A DNA stretch of 63,459 nt, counting the filler, from Octopus bimaculoides (lineage: Eukaryota), in the NCBI RefSeq assembly GCF_001194135.2. It is 4 parts of 3 records of this genome, joined end to end, with 100 filler letters (N's around TTAATTAATTAA, not from the genome) between each part and the next. Parts side by side here need not be neighbours in the genome. Positions count along the whole stretch, not along the records: positions 20,728 to 38,834 come from NC_068983.1; 3 more parts are not named here. One strand, 5' to 3'. The translations under genes and the position numbers were made by a program. The notes below the pieces were generated by a model. The model was not told the DNA's origin. It ran no database searches and saw only the letters and a program-made list of their open reading frames with translations. Position 1 is the first letter of the stretch. Each line of letters opens with the position of its first letter. This document shows positions 23,084 to 36,180 of the stretch, in pieces.

Positions 23084-24326
23084 GAAGAGTGCCATAATTA
23101 AATTTGCTGAACGATATCTCGGTATCTCGTGTACCTTCAACGGGTCCAAAATTTGATATGTCAGTCTACTTCATTTTAAAATTTTTTTATAGATACTATT
23201 AGGACTGCTATGACTCCTCTGGAAGGTATATGTAAATAAAGAAGAAGAGTTCCATAATTAAATTTGCTGAACGATATTTNNNNNNNNNNNNNNNNNNNNN
23301 NNNNNNNNNNNNNNNNNNNNNNNNNNNNNNNNNNNNNNNNNNNNNNNNNNNNNNNNNNNNNNNNNNNNNNNNNNNNNNNNNNNNNNNNNNNNNNNNNNNN
23401 NNNNNNNNNNNNNNNNNNNNNNNNNNNNNNNNNNNNNNNNNNNNNNNNNNNNNNNNNNNNNNNNNNNNNNNNNNNNNNNNNNNNNNNNNNNNNNNNNNNN
23501 NNNNNNNNNNNNNNNNNNNNNNNNNNNNNNNNNNNNNNNNNNNNNNNNNNNNNNNNNNNNNNNNNNNNNNNNNNNNNNNNNNNNNNNNNNNNNNNNNNNN
23601 NNNNNNNNNNNNNNNNNNNNNNNNNNNNNNNNNNNNNNNNNNNNNNNNNNNNNNNNNNNNNNNNNNNNNNNNNNNNNNNNNNNNNNNNNNNNNNNNNNNN
23701 NNNNNNNNNNNNNNNNNNNNNNNNNNNNNNNNNNNNNNNNNNNNNNNNNNNNNNNNNNNNNNNNNNNNNNNNNNNNNNNNNNNNNNNNNNNNNNNNNNNN
23801 NNNNNNNNNNNNNNNNNNNNNNNNNNNNNNNNNNNNNNNNNNNNNNNNNNNNNNNNNNNNNNNNNNNNNNNNNNNNNNNNNNNNNNNNNNNNNNNNNNNN
23901 NNNNNNNNNNNNNNNNNNNNNNNNNNNNNNNNNNNNNNNNNNNNNNNNNNNNNNNNNNNNNNATTATCATTAGCGGTAGTAGTGGTAGTAGAAGTAGTTG
24001 TAGTTGCAGTAGTAGAAAAGATAATTATTATTGTAATTATTTTTATTATTTATTAGCCAAAGTTGTTTGGTCTCAATGAAATTTCTGTTGAAAAATAAAA
24101 ACTACTTGCGGTTGACAATTAAATCTATAAATGACTTAACGAAGTACACTAGAGAAAGAAAAAGGTAGTATTCAAAAAAAAGAAAAAAAAAGAAGAAAAA
24201 AAACAGAAATTAAAATTAGAACTGAAATATAAAAGCAAAACTCTTCCATTCAATTATGTCTTAAAAGGCTTCTCGTTACAGCATCCTTCCTTTCTGAAGT
24301 ACTTGTTTATGATGTTCTGTATGTTC

Positions 24327-24369
<43 letters not shown>

Positions 24370-24719
24370 CATATTTCGTGTCTGTAGTTAATTCCGTTCG
24401 ATTATTTCACTACCTTCCAGGAATTTTAGACACAGTGATCTTTAGAAAACCACCGTTGAGCTGTTGAAGTACAAACGAAGACAGCAGCTAGTCCCGTGAT
24501 GCCGGTCGTCTGTAGCGGTTTGTCTCTTACCCCTGAAGAGCGATAGAGGTAATTTCATACCGTATCCACAAGTCGAGATAGTCTCTGTTTTGTGTTCATT
24601 ATTGGTGTCATGTGGTTTCTCAATCAAATACAGTGGCACCGTCGTTTTGAACTATTTCTGAATGATGATATGGCTCTATCCAAGATAGATAATACGATAT
24701 CGATACCCACTTGATTGTA

Positions 24720-25713
24720 AACCTTTTATCACTACCTTCATTTTGAATTTGGTGTTGTATTGGACTAACATTTCAAAACGTCAGTTTCATCAATTTCCAC
24801 ATCTTGATTCTTTGAAAGATGAATTAGTTGATGAGAGTCTAACTACATATCGCAGCAATTTACAATCATTGCATGATAACACGGTGGAGCGATTTCAAGA
24901 TGTTATTGTGCTGAATATTCCAAATTGGTATAGCAGTCCGTTTGAGGTCGATGCAGTCGACTGCGAGGATGACGTTCAGTAGGAATTGATAGAATTACAA
25001 AATGACAATGATGCCACAATGCGATATTGCTGTAATAGCAAAAAAGGTTTGTGGTACCATCAGAGTATATTGAATTCTTATCCCAGTCTGTGGAAACATC
25101 TGAAATTACTTTTGCTTGCCTTCCTTACCTCATACCTGGTTGAATCTGGTTTTAACTGTGTTGGAACTTTACTTTCCCATAAAAGAATTGGACGGGATGT
25201 GACACAACGAGGAGGCTTGCGTCTAAAGTTGACAAGTTTGAAACCGAATGTATCTGCACTAGTTGCATCGCACCAGACACATGGTTCTCATTAAAAAGTT
25301 GTATTCTTTTCCTTTATAATACAATCATTAATTATTTTTACATCAGTAGTTCTGATCAATGGTTCATTTGGGGAAAATGAAAATTAGTGTAAAAGAAAGC
25401 GCAAGCTTCCAGAAGTTAATCTGTCTAAAAAATATAGAGTTAACGTTAGAATTTTATTGACACTAACGGCAATACTAAACCTACAATAAGAAATTTGTAA
25501 ACAACCGCATATTTTAATACAAACGGCACTAACAGGGCAACGAGTCTACAATATAGTGTGTTTGTTAAATGATACGAGGGGGCTAGGGGATTTTGTGTTG
25601 GTGGGGGCGTTGTGTCAGGGTTTTTTTTTTTTTTACACAGGTGGGCGAGGGAGCATTCTTTGGCTGATAGGAGGGCGATATTGCAATTTGGCGCGAAAAG
25701 TTTGGGAACACTG
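24720..25713 (+). mobile_element. hAT (Charlie/Buster-like) transposon 3' remnant with disrupted transposase C-terminus and right TIR
   Basis: ERFQD...IPNW..SPF, ELIELQND, LLLAFLTSYLVESGF...RGGLRLKLTSLKPNV...HQTHGSH* (hATC dimerisation region), with an in-frame TAG at ~24980. TIR-like AGTTTGGGAACACTG ends at 25713. Confidence 0.85.
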
Positions 25714-25969
25714 GTTTACACGGAACATTTTCTGAGGCTTATATTGCATCACTGAAATTGTGCCTGTCATGAATGTTTGTATGCATCTGGATTTTTTGGA
25801 ATTTTTCAATCGACCAAGGTCCAAGGACAACTAAAGTCTCATTATGAGGGACTCGTTTCTGCCTTTTTAAAATGTATGATTAGAGATTGCCTAAAGTTAC
25901 TATGTAGCCTTTTTACATATCATTCAGGAGATTGGTGATTGTTCTAGAATTCTCATCAAACTAGTCTTG

Positions 25970-26013
<44 letters not shown>

Positions 26014-26634
26014 CTTTTAATCTGATGATATCATCGGCAGCATCATCACATGGAATTTAGAGTGGATCAGTCATCTGGGGTTGATATGTCATGTCAAAAT
26101 AAATACACGAAATATAATTTTACACTTTTCGACAATAATGAACCATTGTGCGAAATAAAGAAAAGACAGTAATGTAGTTTCTATTGAGTCATTCTATTTA
26201 CTAGAAATAGTAAGCAAAGCTTCTCAAATTACTAATGTCTTAAAAGACGGACATATTGACTAACGTGGTTCTAGGCAGGGTTTAAATGAAAAACAAAAAG
26301 TCAGAGCGGTTAAGACTGAGATGCCTTTGATCAGCAATGACTACAGCAACAATAACAACAATAATAACTACATAAACAGTATATATATTATATATAATGT
26401 GGTAGTGTCAAAAAAGAAGGAAGCTCCTGTTATATAGAGACCTCAATTCGGTTTCAATTCTCATATGACACAAATTCATTTCCTCTTCCTGACAACTCAA
26501 CACCTTTGCAATAGGCATGAACATCACAACATCTCAATTCTATTGTATCCTTAAATCTTTGCACCTAATAAGCTAAAAATAAATATATTTTTCAACACGT
26601 AAATACTAACATCTCTTCTTATTTTACCTTATTT

Positions 26635-26667
<33 letters not shown>

Positions 26668-27858
26668 GTGTGTGTGTGTGTGTGTGTGTATGTATATATA
26701 TATATATGTATATATGTATGTATATATGTATGTGTATATATATATACATATATATATGTATATATATATGTATATGTNNNNNNNNNNNNNNNNNNNNNNN
26801 NNNNNNNNNNNNNNNNNNNNNNNNNNNNNNNNNNNNNNNNNNNNNNNNNNNNNNNNNNNNNNNNNNNNNNNNNNNNNNNNNNNNNNNNNNNNNNNNNNNN
26901 NNNNNNNNNNNNNNNNNNNNNNNNNNNNNNNNNNNNNNNNNNNNNNNNNNNNNNNNNNNNNNNNNNNNNNNNNNNNNNNNNNNNNNNNNNNNNNNNNNNN
27001 NNNNNNNNNNNNNNNNNNNNNNNNNNNNNNNNNNNNNNNNNNNNNNNNNNNNNNNNNNNNNNNNNNNNNNNNNNNNNNNNNNNNNNNNNNNNNNNNNNNN
27101 NNNNNNNNNNNNNNNNNNNNNNNNNNNNNNNNNNNNNNNNNNNNNNNNNNNNNNNNNNNNNNNNNNNNNNNNNNNNNNNNNNNNNNNNNNNNNNNNNNNN
27201 NNNNNNNNNNNNNNNNNNNNNNNNNNNNNNNNNNNNNNNNNNNNNNNNNNNNNNNNNNNNNNNNNNNNNNNNNNNNNNNNNNNNNNNNNNNNNNNNNNNN
27301 NNNNNNNNNNNNNNNNNNNNNNNNNNNNNNNNNNNNNNNNNNNNNNNNNNNNNNNNNNNNNNNNNNNNNNNNNNNNNNNNNNNNNNNNNNNNNNNNNNNN
27401 NNNNNNNNNNNNNNNNNNNNNNNNNNNNNNNNNNNNNNNNNNNNNNNNNNNNNNNNNNNNNNNNNNNNNNNNNNNNNNNNNNNNNNNNNNNNNNNNNNNN
27501 NNNNNNNNNNNNNNNNNNNNNNNNNNNNNNNNNNNNNNNNNNNNNNNNNNNNNNNNNNNNNNNNNNNNNNNNNNNNNNNNNNNNNNNNNNNNNNNNNNNN
27601 NNNNNNNNNNNNNNNNNNNNNNNNNNNNNNNNNNNNNNNNNNNNNNNNNNNNNNNNNNNNNNNNNNNNNNNNNNNNNNNNNNNNNNNNNNNNNNNNNNNN
27701 NNNNNNNNNNNNNNNNNNNNNNNNNNNNNNNNNNNNNCACCCCCCCCCCACAAAGCACACACATGTATATATATAAAAACTTCCATACATCTATACATAC
27801 ATGCACATATTTTGACATCTATGCATACTTGTGTAGATAAAAGAGCACTCTCTTTCGT

Positions 27859-27897
<39 letters not shown>

Positions 27898-27989
27898 TGG
27901 TTACACACTTGTACATACACACTCGTACAAATAGGTGTAAAAAAAAGGCACATGACACATGTGACGCCCTTCAAAATACAGATACAAAG

Positions 27990-29292
27990 AAACTTCAGTT
28001 TCTTGTCCCATTTCATTTGGAGGCTCCGGTACCAGAGAAATGCCATTCTCAGTATAACCTGGAATGTTCTCATCAGAGCCACTCCCTGTACACTTGCAGA
28101 GTGGGATTGTCGTCCTAATCTCTGCGAGAAGCTGCATATATTGCAACAATTTACTGTATCTGTTTCAAGAATACTGAACTGCCATTATGCTACCATCAGC
28201 AGGGCTCTGTGTTTGCTAATTAATCCATTAACCAAAAATCGGTGACATATTCTTGGCTCCAAGTCATACAATCATCTACAGTGTCCTTTACAAGAAAACT
28301 GAACAAAATTTCATTGGAATTTTATCACCATCACAAATCATCACAAAGCCACCTCCATACTTCGTAGTAGGAACCAAACAATCAGGACTGAATGCTTCTT
28401 TGAGTTGTCTCCAGGCACAGGCTCGCCCCGAAGTTGGAAAATGGGTGAACGGTATGAGGGGGTGCTGAAAATCTCCTGGCTTTAAGGGTTTTGCGAAAGG
28501 CCTAGCTGGAGGCACAACCTTCCAAGTTCTTTTACAGGACTTAGTAAAACTGAAGAACTTCTGCAATATGTGTGTGAATCTGAGAAGAGAACATGTAAAA
28601 TAAAAAAAATCATAATTAACTGATCCTCCTGTGTTTTCTTTTACATAAAGTCAAGAACTTTGCAACACCCCTTCGTAATTTATCAGAAAGAGATTACATT
28701 GTACCATTGAACCATAATCTTCTTCTAATTGTTAGACGCCGTTTTTTTCTGCCTGTCAATGTTGATGGGATGCAGGAGAAATTTAGCAATTCTAGCCCTC
28801 CCATGGTATCCAACTGTAGAGAGCTCATTGATGAATAGTTTTGGTTGGCAAAATGGTGGCTTTACTGTTGTATTTTGATGGTCTTTAGACATAGTAAATG
28901 TCACTATTCTCTAGTCACTCTCTATGAGCTTAGCTCCCTGTCCAGAATTATGCTTGTCTGAACTGATTTTACCTTGGTATTAAAATGCCAACATGATTTT
29001 AGAAACTGGACCTCTTGAAACATTAAAAAATTCAGTCGATTTAGTGACTCCATCCGCGCTTCAACAATTGTCCTCTTTGGAAATTAGATAGGTCGCGCAT
29101 TTTAACTTATCTAAATATAAATATCTGATAAAATGGAAAGAGAAAAACAGAGGGCCATATCACGAAGTACAAGATATATATAATGCATATGAACACATAT
29201 ATACGAACTAGAACAGTTCTGAATCCATCGTATTGACAATAAAAGAATAGTTAAATAAAAAATGGTGTTTCCATTATTTTGTCCAACACCTG
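27990..29292 (-). mobile_element. Decayed Tc1 transposon with a nested mariner MITE
   Basis: TIR CAGGTGTTGGACAAAATAATGGAAACACC-TA at 29264-29294. Minus strand gives FQRGQ, NVSRGPVSKIM, GYHGRARI, FPTSGRACAWRQLKEAFSPDCLVPTTKYGGG and DDN. Confidence 0.8.
28455..28675 (+). mobile_element. Mariner-derived MITE (221 bp) with TA duplications
   Basis: TA-TGAGGGGGTGCTGAAAATCTCCTGGCTTTA matches the reverse complement of TAAAGTCAAGAACTTTGCAACACCCCTTCG-TA. It retains a mariner C-terminal remnant (CVNLRREHVK*). Confidence 0.8.
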
Positions 29293-29723
29293 TATTTTCT
29301 CAGTATTTTTCTAAGTGATAATTCTTCTCGGTCATATTGTTCGTGGACGTAGAAGGGAACTGTAATTCATGAATAATTCATGAATTTTCTATAACTCAAG
29401 TACCACGCCATTGACTTTGCAAACATGAATATATGTACACACTATTTTCTACAACACAGACACAGAATCAGTGCACTTCAATTATGAATTTACATAAATT
29501 TTATTTTAATATGCTGTAATTTGAAATTTGTTATTTTTTCCATTCATGAACAAATATTCATTTTAAAAGTGTATTTTTATTACCCTTTTTAGAACCCATA
29601 CTATTTAACTACTTTGAATTCTAGTACCACTTATACCAGAAGAAGTTTACACTTCTCGTGGCACGTGGGAAATAAAGGAAAATTTACAGCAGTTGATTGG
29701 AAAAAAGAAAAAGATCTAAGAAT

Positions 29724-29794
<71 letters not shown>

Positions 29795-30292
29795 AGAGAG
29801 CTGGAAAGAGAGAGAGAGGAAGAGATGGGGTAGGAGATAAAGAAAAGAGGTATGCTCACTTGATCAATTATTCATATTGCTAGGGCATCCCACTTTAAAA
29901 TCTTCTGAGACATTCCAAAACATTCATGGTATTATCACAAGTGACAGCAAGGCTGAGGAGCTAGATCAGCCAGGTACCTTCCCGAACATTATCTGCTACT
30001 TCAGAGGGGCAGGACGTTAACAAAGTCAGAAACCTCTTTGTCAATGATCTGCACCTACCAACATCTCAAAAGCCATTGGTTGAAAATATAATTTTCTTTA
30101 TTTCATTCAGCTACGAATTAAGTAAATCTCATCACCATCGCAGCATTAAGGATGTGCAATGGAGTAAATGAGCTGCTAACGTAACATCCATAGGCACCTG
30201 CCTCTAGCTCAAGGGAAAAGAATGAAATACTGAGATATGTAAATTTATTGTTATCTCTACATAACTTTTTGTCTCAAAAGCTTTAATATCAT

Positions 30293-30328
<36 letters not shown>

Positions 30329-30718
30329 CCAGGCTGTGTAGGCCTTGTCTTTTTGCCTGGAGGGTTACTAATCTGAGGACTTGGGACATCGAATTTTTGC
30401 TGCATGTGGGATGTAAAAGGACATGCCTAAAAGGATAATTTCACTCACATACCTATCTGTTTCATGTGCTGCCATGGATAACTGGCGTAACACTGGTAGA
30501 GCTCTGACCTGTTGGAGGCAAACTCCGTTGCTGGAAATTGAATAATAAATATGATATGTTACATATTGAACTTTAGCAAAGTTTTGGATATCTTTACTGT
30601 TCCACTTACAAATTGGATTTGTAGAGTGCGTTTTGGCTTTATACATTTTTTTTTGTCTGAGCATCTAAGTTTTATGAGATTTTCATGTGCATCAATAATT
30701 ATACGTATGTATGTATAC

Positions 30719-30780
<62 letters not shown>

Positions 30781-31162
30781 GCACACATACACACACATAT
30801 ATATAAGCATNNNNNNNNNNNNNNNNNNNNNNNNNNNNNNNNNNNNNNNNNNNNNNNNNNNNNNNNNNNNNNNNNNNNNNNNNNNNNNNNNNNNNNNNNN
30901 NNNNNNNNNNNNNNNNNNNNNNNNNNNNNNNNNNNNNNNNNNNNNNNNNNNNNNNNNNNNNNCACAAAAACTGTCACTCAGAGTTTCACGTTCCCGTTCA
31001 TTGGGCAGTTTTGGTTGAGAAACTGTCTGACGAATGGGAACGTGAAACTCTGAGTAACAATTTTTGTGATGTCTTTGCAGCTTTATTAATAAGCATATTA
31101 CTCTACCTCCGGTATTTGAGTACTATTTTTTTCACATTGTTTCACATTTATGTGCTTACTCT

Positions 31163-31203
<41 letters not shown>

Positions 31204-31554
31204 CGAGGGTATGAGAGGTATTGGTATCTAGAAAACCCAAAAAGTGTCAGGTAACCCTATGTAAGTGCTATGGATAGACCGTGGTTAAACTCTTGGTTCG
31301 ATAATGATACGAGTGAGTAGTCTTATGTGGGTCTTGTATTAGCATGCTTATATATATTAGACAGAATGAGATAACAAATCCAAAGCTGTGAGGAGTTTTC
31401 AGGACAGCTATAATGAAATAGTCTTACAGCTGTTTCTGGGATATTATGGATATTCCTTCATCAGAGGCGGTGTGAGAAAATATTTGAGTTCGAATTTATT
31501 GTGGAAAAGGAGGAGATAGAGAATATAGAGGGAAATAAGAGAATTAAAGCAGAA

Positions 31555-32040
31555 ATAAGATATATAAAGATATTGTATGATGCATGTGTGCGAACTGCCA
31601 TGCTACACGGCAGTGAAACGTGGGCCGTGACAGCTGAAGACATGCGCAGGCTTGAAAGAAATGAAGCTAGTATGATCTACTGAATGTGTAATGTCAGTGT
31701 GCACGCATGACAGAGTGTAAGCGCCCTGAGAGAAATGTTGGATATAAGAAGCATCAGATGTGGTGTGCAAGAGAGACAACTGCGCTGGTATGGTCATGTG
31801 TTGCGTATGGATGAGGAGAGCTGTGTGAAGTGTTACTCCTTAACAGTGGAAGGAGCCTGTGGAAGAGGGAGATTCAGGAAGACATGGGATGAGGTGGTGA
31901 AGCCTGACCTTCGAACGTTGGGCCTCACAGAGGCAATGACTAGTGACTGAGACCTTTGGACATATGCTGTGAGAAGACCCGGCAAGTAAAGTGAGATCAC
32001 AGCCAGTGTCGCATAACCAGCCCATTTAAAAAGTACCTTT
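31555..32040 (+). mobile_element. RTE-clade LINE 3' fragment
   Basis: LYDACVRTAMLHGSETWAVT, RQLRWYGHVLRM and GRGRFRKTWDEVV are RTE C-terminal motifs. Contains stops and frameshifts. Confidence 0.85.
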
Positions 32041-32435
32041 GAATACTCTTTCATTCGGCCCCTTTGCAGAAGGAGCACCTCTCTCTGTTATCCGATGCTT
32101 CGGCAAATGAACATGTCTTTCTTTCTAACATGCCACTCTTTTTTCTACCTGACACTTGGTCGGAGGCACATAGCTGCTGTTATAATTACTATCTTTGTCT
32201 TACTATCGTAAAACAGCCGACTATTAATTATAATTTCTGTACACCGTCTCTGAGACAAATTGTCCGGATAAATAAGATCTCTGAGAAATAACTTTTTTTC
32301 CTTCTGTTGATTTATTTGGCGCATATCACACTGTCCCAAGAAGTTTAAATAATCGGCTATCAATACTAATGGCTGCTGCATTCATCGCATATACCTGTAA
32401 TACCCCCTCCCCACACAGATAAAATAAAGGAAGAA

Positions 32436-32618
32436 CGATCCTTTCCGAGCCATAGCCTCACAAAGGCGGTTTCCCTCTAGTCGGGACATCCGTTCGATGC
32501 AGGATTACTAAATTTTGCCAACGGAGTGGGCTTGGAGTAAGAACACCACGCATCGCCTGGTGCAGGAATCAAAACCGCAGTCTTAAGATCATGAGTGCAA
32601 CGTTCTAACCACTAAGCC
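32436..32618 (-). mobile_element. SINE family 3 (V-domain-like), internally deleted
   Basis: Reverse complement reads GTGGCTTAGTGGTTAGAAC head...AGTAATCCTGCATCGAACGGATGTCCCG, like the copies at 37428 and 59925. Confidence 0.65.
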
Positions 32619-33463
32619 ACACACTTCCACACATATATACATATAAAGAAATATGAAAATTACGAGTTGATGAGGTTTTGAAGGTACTGTAACAGTTATG
32701 CGTATTACTTCCCTTTCTCAAATTAACTGAAGAAAAGATAAGACGGCCAACGTGCCTTTCCTGTCACTCGTTTCCTCTCTCAACATTGGTTGCTGTGTCA
32801 AGTGGATGCCAACAACCTAAGTCGCTTGTCTTATTATTTTCTCTCTCTCTCTCTCTCACACACACACAAACTTTCTCTCACTCTCTCACACACATTCTCT
32901 TTCTCTTACACACACACACTCTCTCTCACACATAACACACTCTCTTACACACACATACAGACGCTTTCTCTCTCTCTCTCTCCACAGACACAAACAAACA
33001 GACACACAGACACACAGACACACACTCTATCTCTCCCTCCCCTCTCTCTTTATTTCCCTTTCCTCCCAATATATTTAAATCTAGACACCCTTTAACCATC
33101 ATTCTCAACTAGACCCCCCACCCCCGCCACCACATTATCATCCACAACACGTCCACACCCAAATGTCCAGTTACACCACCCCTCCCCTTCCCTTCCACAC
33201 ATCAGCTCCACTTGCTGTAATAGCTTCCCACCCGCCCAGAGCGTCAACTAGCAGACCATTACAACACACAACTACCACCCACATACCTCTGTCACTGCCC
33301 ACACCACACCACGCCCAAACGCAGTCGCACCGTCACTTTCATTCACCTTATCACTGGCTTTAATCTCACCGACACCATCTTCGCTCATATAGACGATTCA
33401 ACACATCATCATCGTCATCTTATCACAGTCGATACCACCATTCCAATCCTCATCCATGTTTAT

Positions 33464-34170
33464 AGGGCTTTCCTATAAGTAGGTTATCTCCCTTGGCTAG
33501 GCGACGCTCCATGTAGATAATTAAACTTCCGCAGACTACCCACGCCATTGTTATTGTTTTACGTCTTATGGATATGAAGCAGCTTGATGATTCAGCTATC
33601 GAAGTACTTACTGTGCCTGAGTTAAAGAAATATTTAAGGTTATATGGACAGTATGTTACTGGAAGAAAGGCGGACTTGACTGAAAGGTTGAAAGGAATAA
33701 AAATTATGTCGATGAAGAATGTCAACAAAGTAAATTCATCGGACGATAAGTCTGAAGTATCGGACGATACTTCAGACAGGAATAAGCAGAAGCTTATATC
33801 TCCTCTCGGTGAAGTATTGCCTGATCTAAAGATCTTTGTAAGTTGCCGAATTTCACAGATAATGACATAATTACCTCGTGCTACGGATGAAATCAAAGCA
33901 ACAGTTAAGGAGTGGCATATTTTACCACGACAGACACGTACACAGCATCGAATACCACGATGTGAGTGAAAGCTGCTCTCACTGTATTGTCCGGTGTCTG
34001 GTAATCCCTTCAATACCGACATCAAACCAAAAAAAGAATCCTGACCACAGAGTGTGGGTAATTATGTCAAAGGTCACTGGCAATGTGCATTCAGCTGATT
34101 GCAACTGTTAAAGCAAGTCATACGGGAGAGTTCCAATCAGGGGTGGATAACAACCTTATAGGAACCCCCT
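33464..34170 (+). mobile_element. Non-autonomous ISL2EU-like (PHIS superfamily) deletion derivative carrying a SAP + partial SWIM coding remnant
   Basis: Imperfect ~30-bp TIRs AGGGCTTTCCTATAAGTAGGTTATC and rc AGGGGGTTCCTATAAGGTTGTTATC, with AT on both flanks. SAP motif LTVPELKKYLRLYGQYVTGRKADLTERL, then frameshifts to ...VWVIMSKVTGNVHSADCNC. Confidence 0.7.
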
Positions 34171-34308
34171 ATACACACGCAAACACACACACACACACAT
34201 GTGTTTCTACATACGTAGATCATCACCACAACTGGATATTGTAGTTCAAAAAAAGACAATACTGAATATGGCTGGATGGCCTTTGATCATAAGTTTGCAC
34301 CATCAGAG

Positions 34309-34492
34309 CACTAGCGCAGCTAGAGTGTGTGCCGCCCGGGGTGGCCCTTCTGTTTGCCGCCTCCGGACCCCTCAAAAAAAAATAATAAATAAATAAAACT
34401 GCATATTACCTACAGCAGACCCAAAAGTACCGCCCCTTTAAAAGTGCCGCCCAGGGCGGACCGTCCTTGCTCACCCACTAGCTACGTTAGTG
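34309..34492. mobile_element. 184-bp MITE with 15-bp TIRs and an imperfect 8-bp TSD (hAT-like)
   Basis: CACTAGCGCAGCTAG...CTAGCTACGTTAGTG. Flanks are CATCAGAG and CATCAAGG (6/8 identical). Confidence 0.6.
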
Positions 34493-34960
34493 CATCAAGG
34501 TTGACATGGGGTCTTTAATAGGCAATTTGTTATTTAGGTGTAACATGCATACGCACGCACGCACGGGCTGCGCTCACACACATACATTACTTACACTGAC
34601 ACATCCATTAGTTTAAACGGATGTGCGAGTGTGATTCAGAAGAAAGTACTCAATACTACAGTTAAGTGTAGTAATGTATTTCGGCTGAGCCAGGAACCTG
34701 CCAGTCAGAAGCGCCGCGTCGCACGGGGAAGTAGTACTTCGATGAAATTTTGAGGCAGCTGCTGATCACGAATGTGATGTCTTCCATGGAAATTTAGTTT
34801 CAGTTGCATCTTGGGACCTCAAGGGTTCATTGTCTCTTGTTTACAAGGTATTTCGTAGTAACCTGCGCTTGGATTGCAAATGCGCAGTCTTTGAAGTGTG
34901 ATATAGCGGTCGAGTGTGTAAGACAGGCTGTACTTCATGTTGATATTAGTGTCTCATTAA

Positions 34961-35366
34961 GGCGGTGAGCTGGCAGAAATGTTAGCACGCCGGGCAAAAT
35001 GCTTAGCGGTATTTCGCCCGTCGCTACATTCCGAGTTCAAATTCCACCGAGGTCGACTTAGCCGTTCATCCTTTCGGAGGTCAATAAAAAAAAATACCAG
35101 TTACACACTGGAGTCGATCTAATCGACTGGCCCTCTCCCATCAAATTTCAAGCCTTGTGCCTAAGGTAGAAAGGATATTACTGTCTCATCGAATTCTCGA
35201 GTTGGCAGAATCTCAGTTCAAATTTCGCCAAGGTCGATCTTGTCGGGGATCAAAGAAAAAAAAAACAACAAAAAAAAAATACCAGTTAAGCACTGGGGTC
35301 GATGGTAATCAACTTACCTCTCCTCCGAAATTGCTGGCTTTGTGCCAAAATTTGAAATGGATATTA
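34961..35366 (+). mobile_element. Two head-to-tail SINE family 2 copies (34961-35180 full; ~35200-35366 5'-truncated)
   Basis: Head GGCGGTGAGCTGGCAGAAATGTTAGCACGCCGGG. The central domain and the CTTGTGCC tail occur twice. Confidence 0.85.
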
Positions 35367-36180
35367 TTGTCTCATCTTGAAGTCTTCGGGAAACATACGC
35401 CTGCATAGTCTTCTTTTTGGTATGCTGAGCGGTTCACATTTATGCCTTCTTTAAGGTACGTTAGTTGGCAGTTTTGGGACTGTATGGGATGTATACATGC
35501 ATGTATTATATATATAAATTTGACATTGGCTATTCTTTCTTGTCTTGGGATTCACAGTCAAACGGCTGGGTGGAATTGCGCAAAAAATTACACAAATGTG
35601 TAGAATGACCCGGTGGTGATGCTGGGTTTTGTATTTTTTCATAGCTCCCATGGTTACCGAGATAATCTACTATAACAATACTCTTCTGTTTATGAATGAG
35701 AAAGGAAGGGGTGATAGATGAATAAGGAAGGAAGGGGGTGATGTCATACTTGGTAGTGGGATGATGAAAATTGTACGCTGAAAAAATAAATCAAACAGCG
35801 TTTCNNNNNNNNNNNNNNNNNNNNNNNNNNNNNNNNNNNNNNNNNNNNNNNNNNNNNNNNNNNNNNNNNNNNNNNNNNNNNNNNNNNNNNNNNNNNNNNN
35901 NNNNNNNNNNNNNNNNNNNNNNNNNNNNNNNNNNNNNNNNNNNNNNNNNNNNNNNNNNNNNNNNNNNNNNNNNNNNNNNNNNNNNNNNNNNNNNNNNNNN
36001 NNNNNNNNNNNNNNNNNNNNNNNNNNNNNNNNNNNNNNNNNNNNNNNNNNNNNNNNNNNNNNNNNNNNNNNNNNNNNNNNNNNNNNNNNNNNNNNNNNNN
36101 NNNNNNNNNNNNNNNNNNNNNNNNNNNNNNNNNNNNNNNNNNNNNNNNNNNNNNNNNNNNNNNNNNNNNNNNNNATATAT

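Noticed and set aside
35400-35660. Possible piggyBac C-terminal remnant (PSRLT...)
   Set aside because: The Cys-rich domain was not recovered, and no TIR or TTAA boundary was found.
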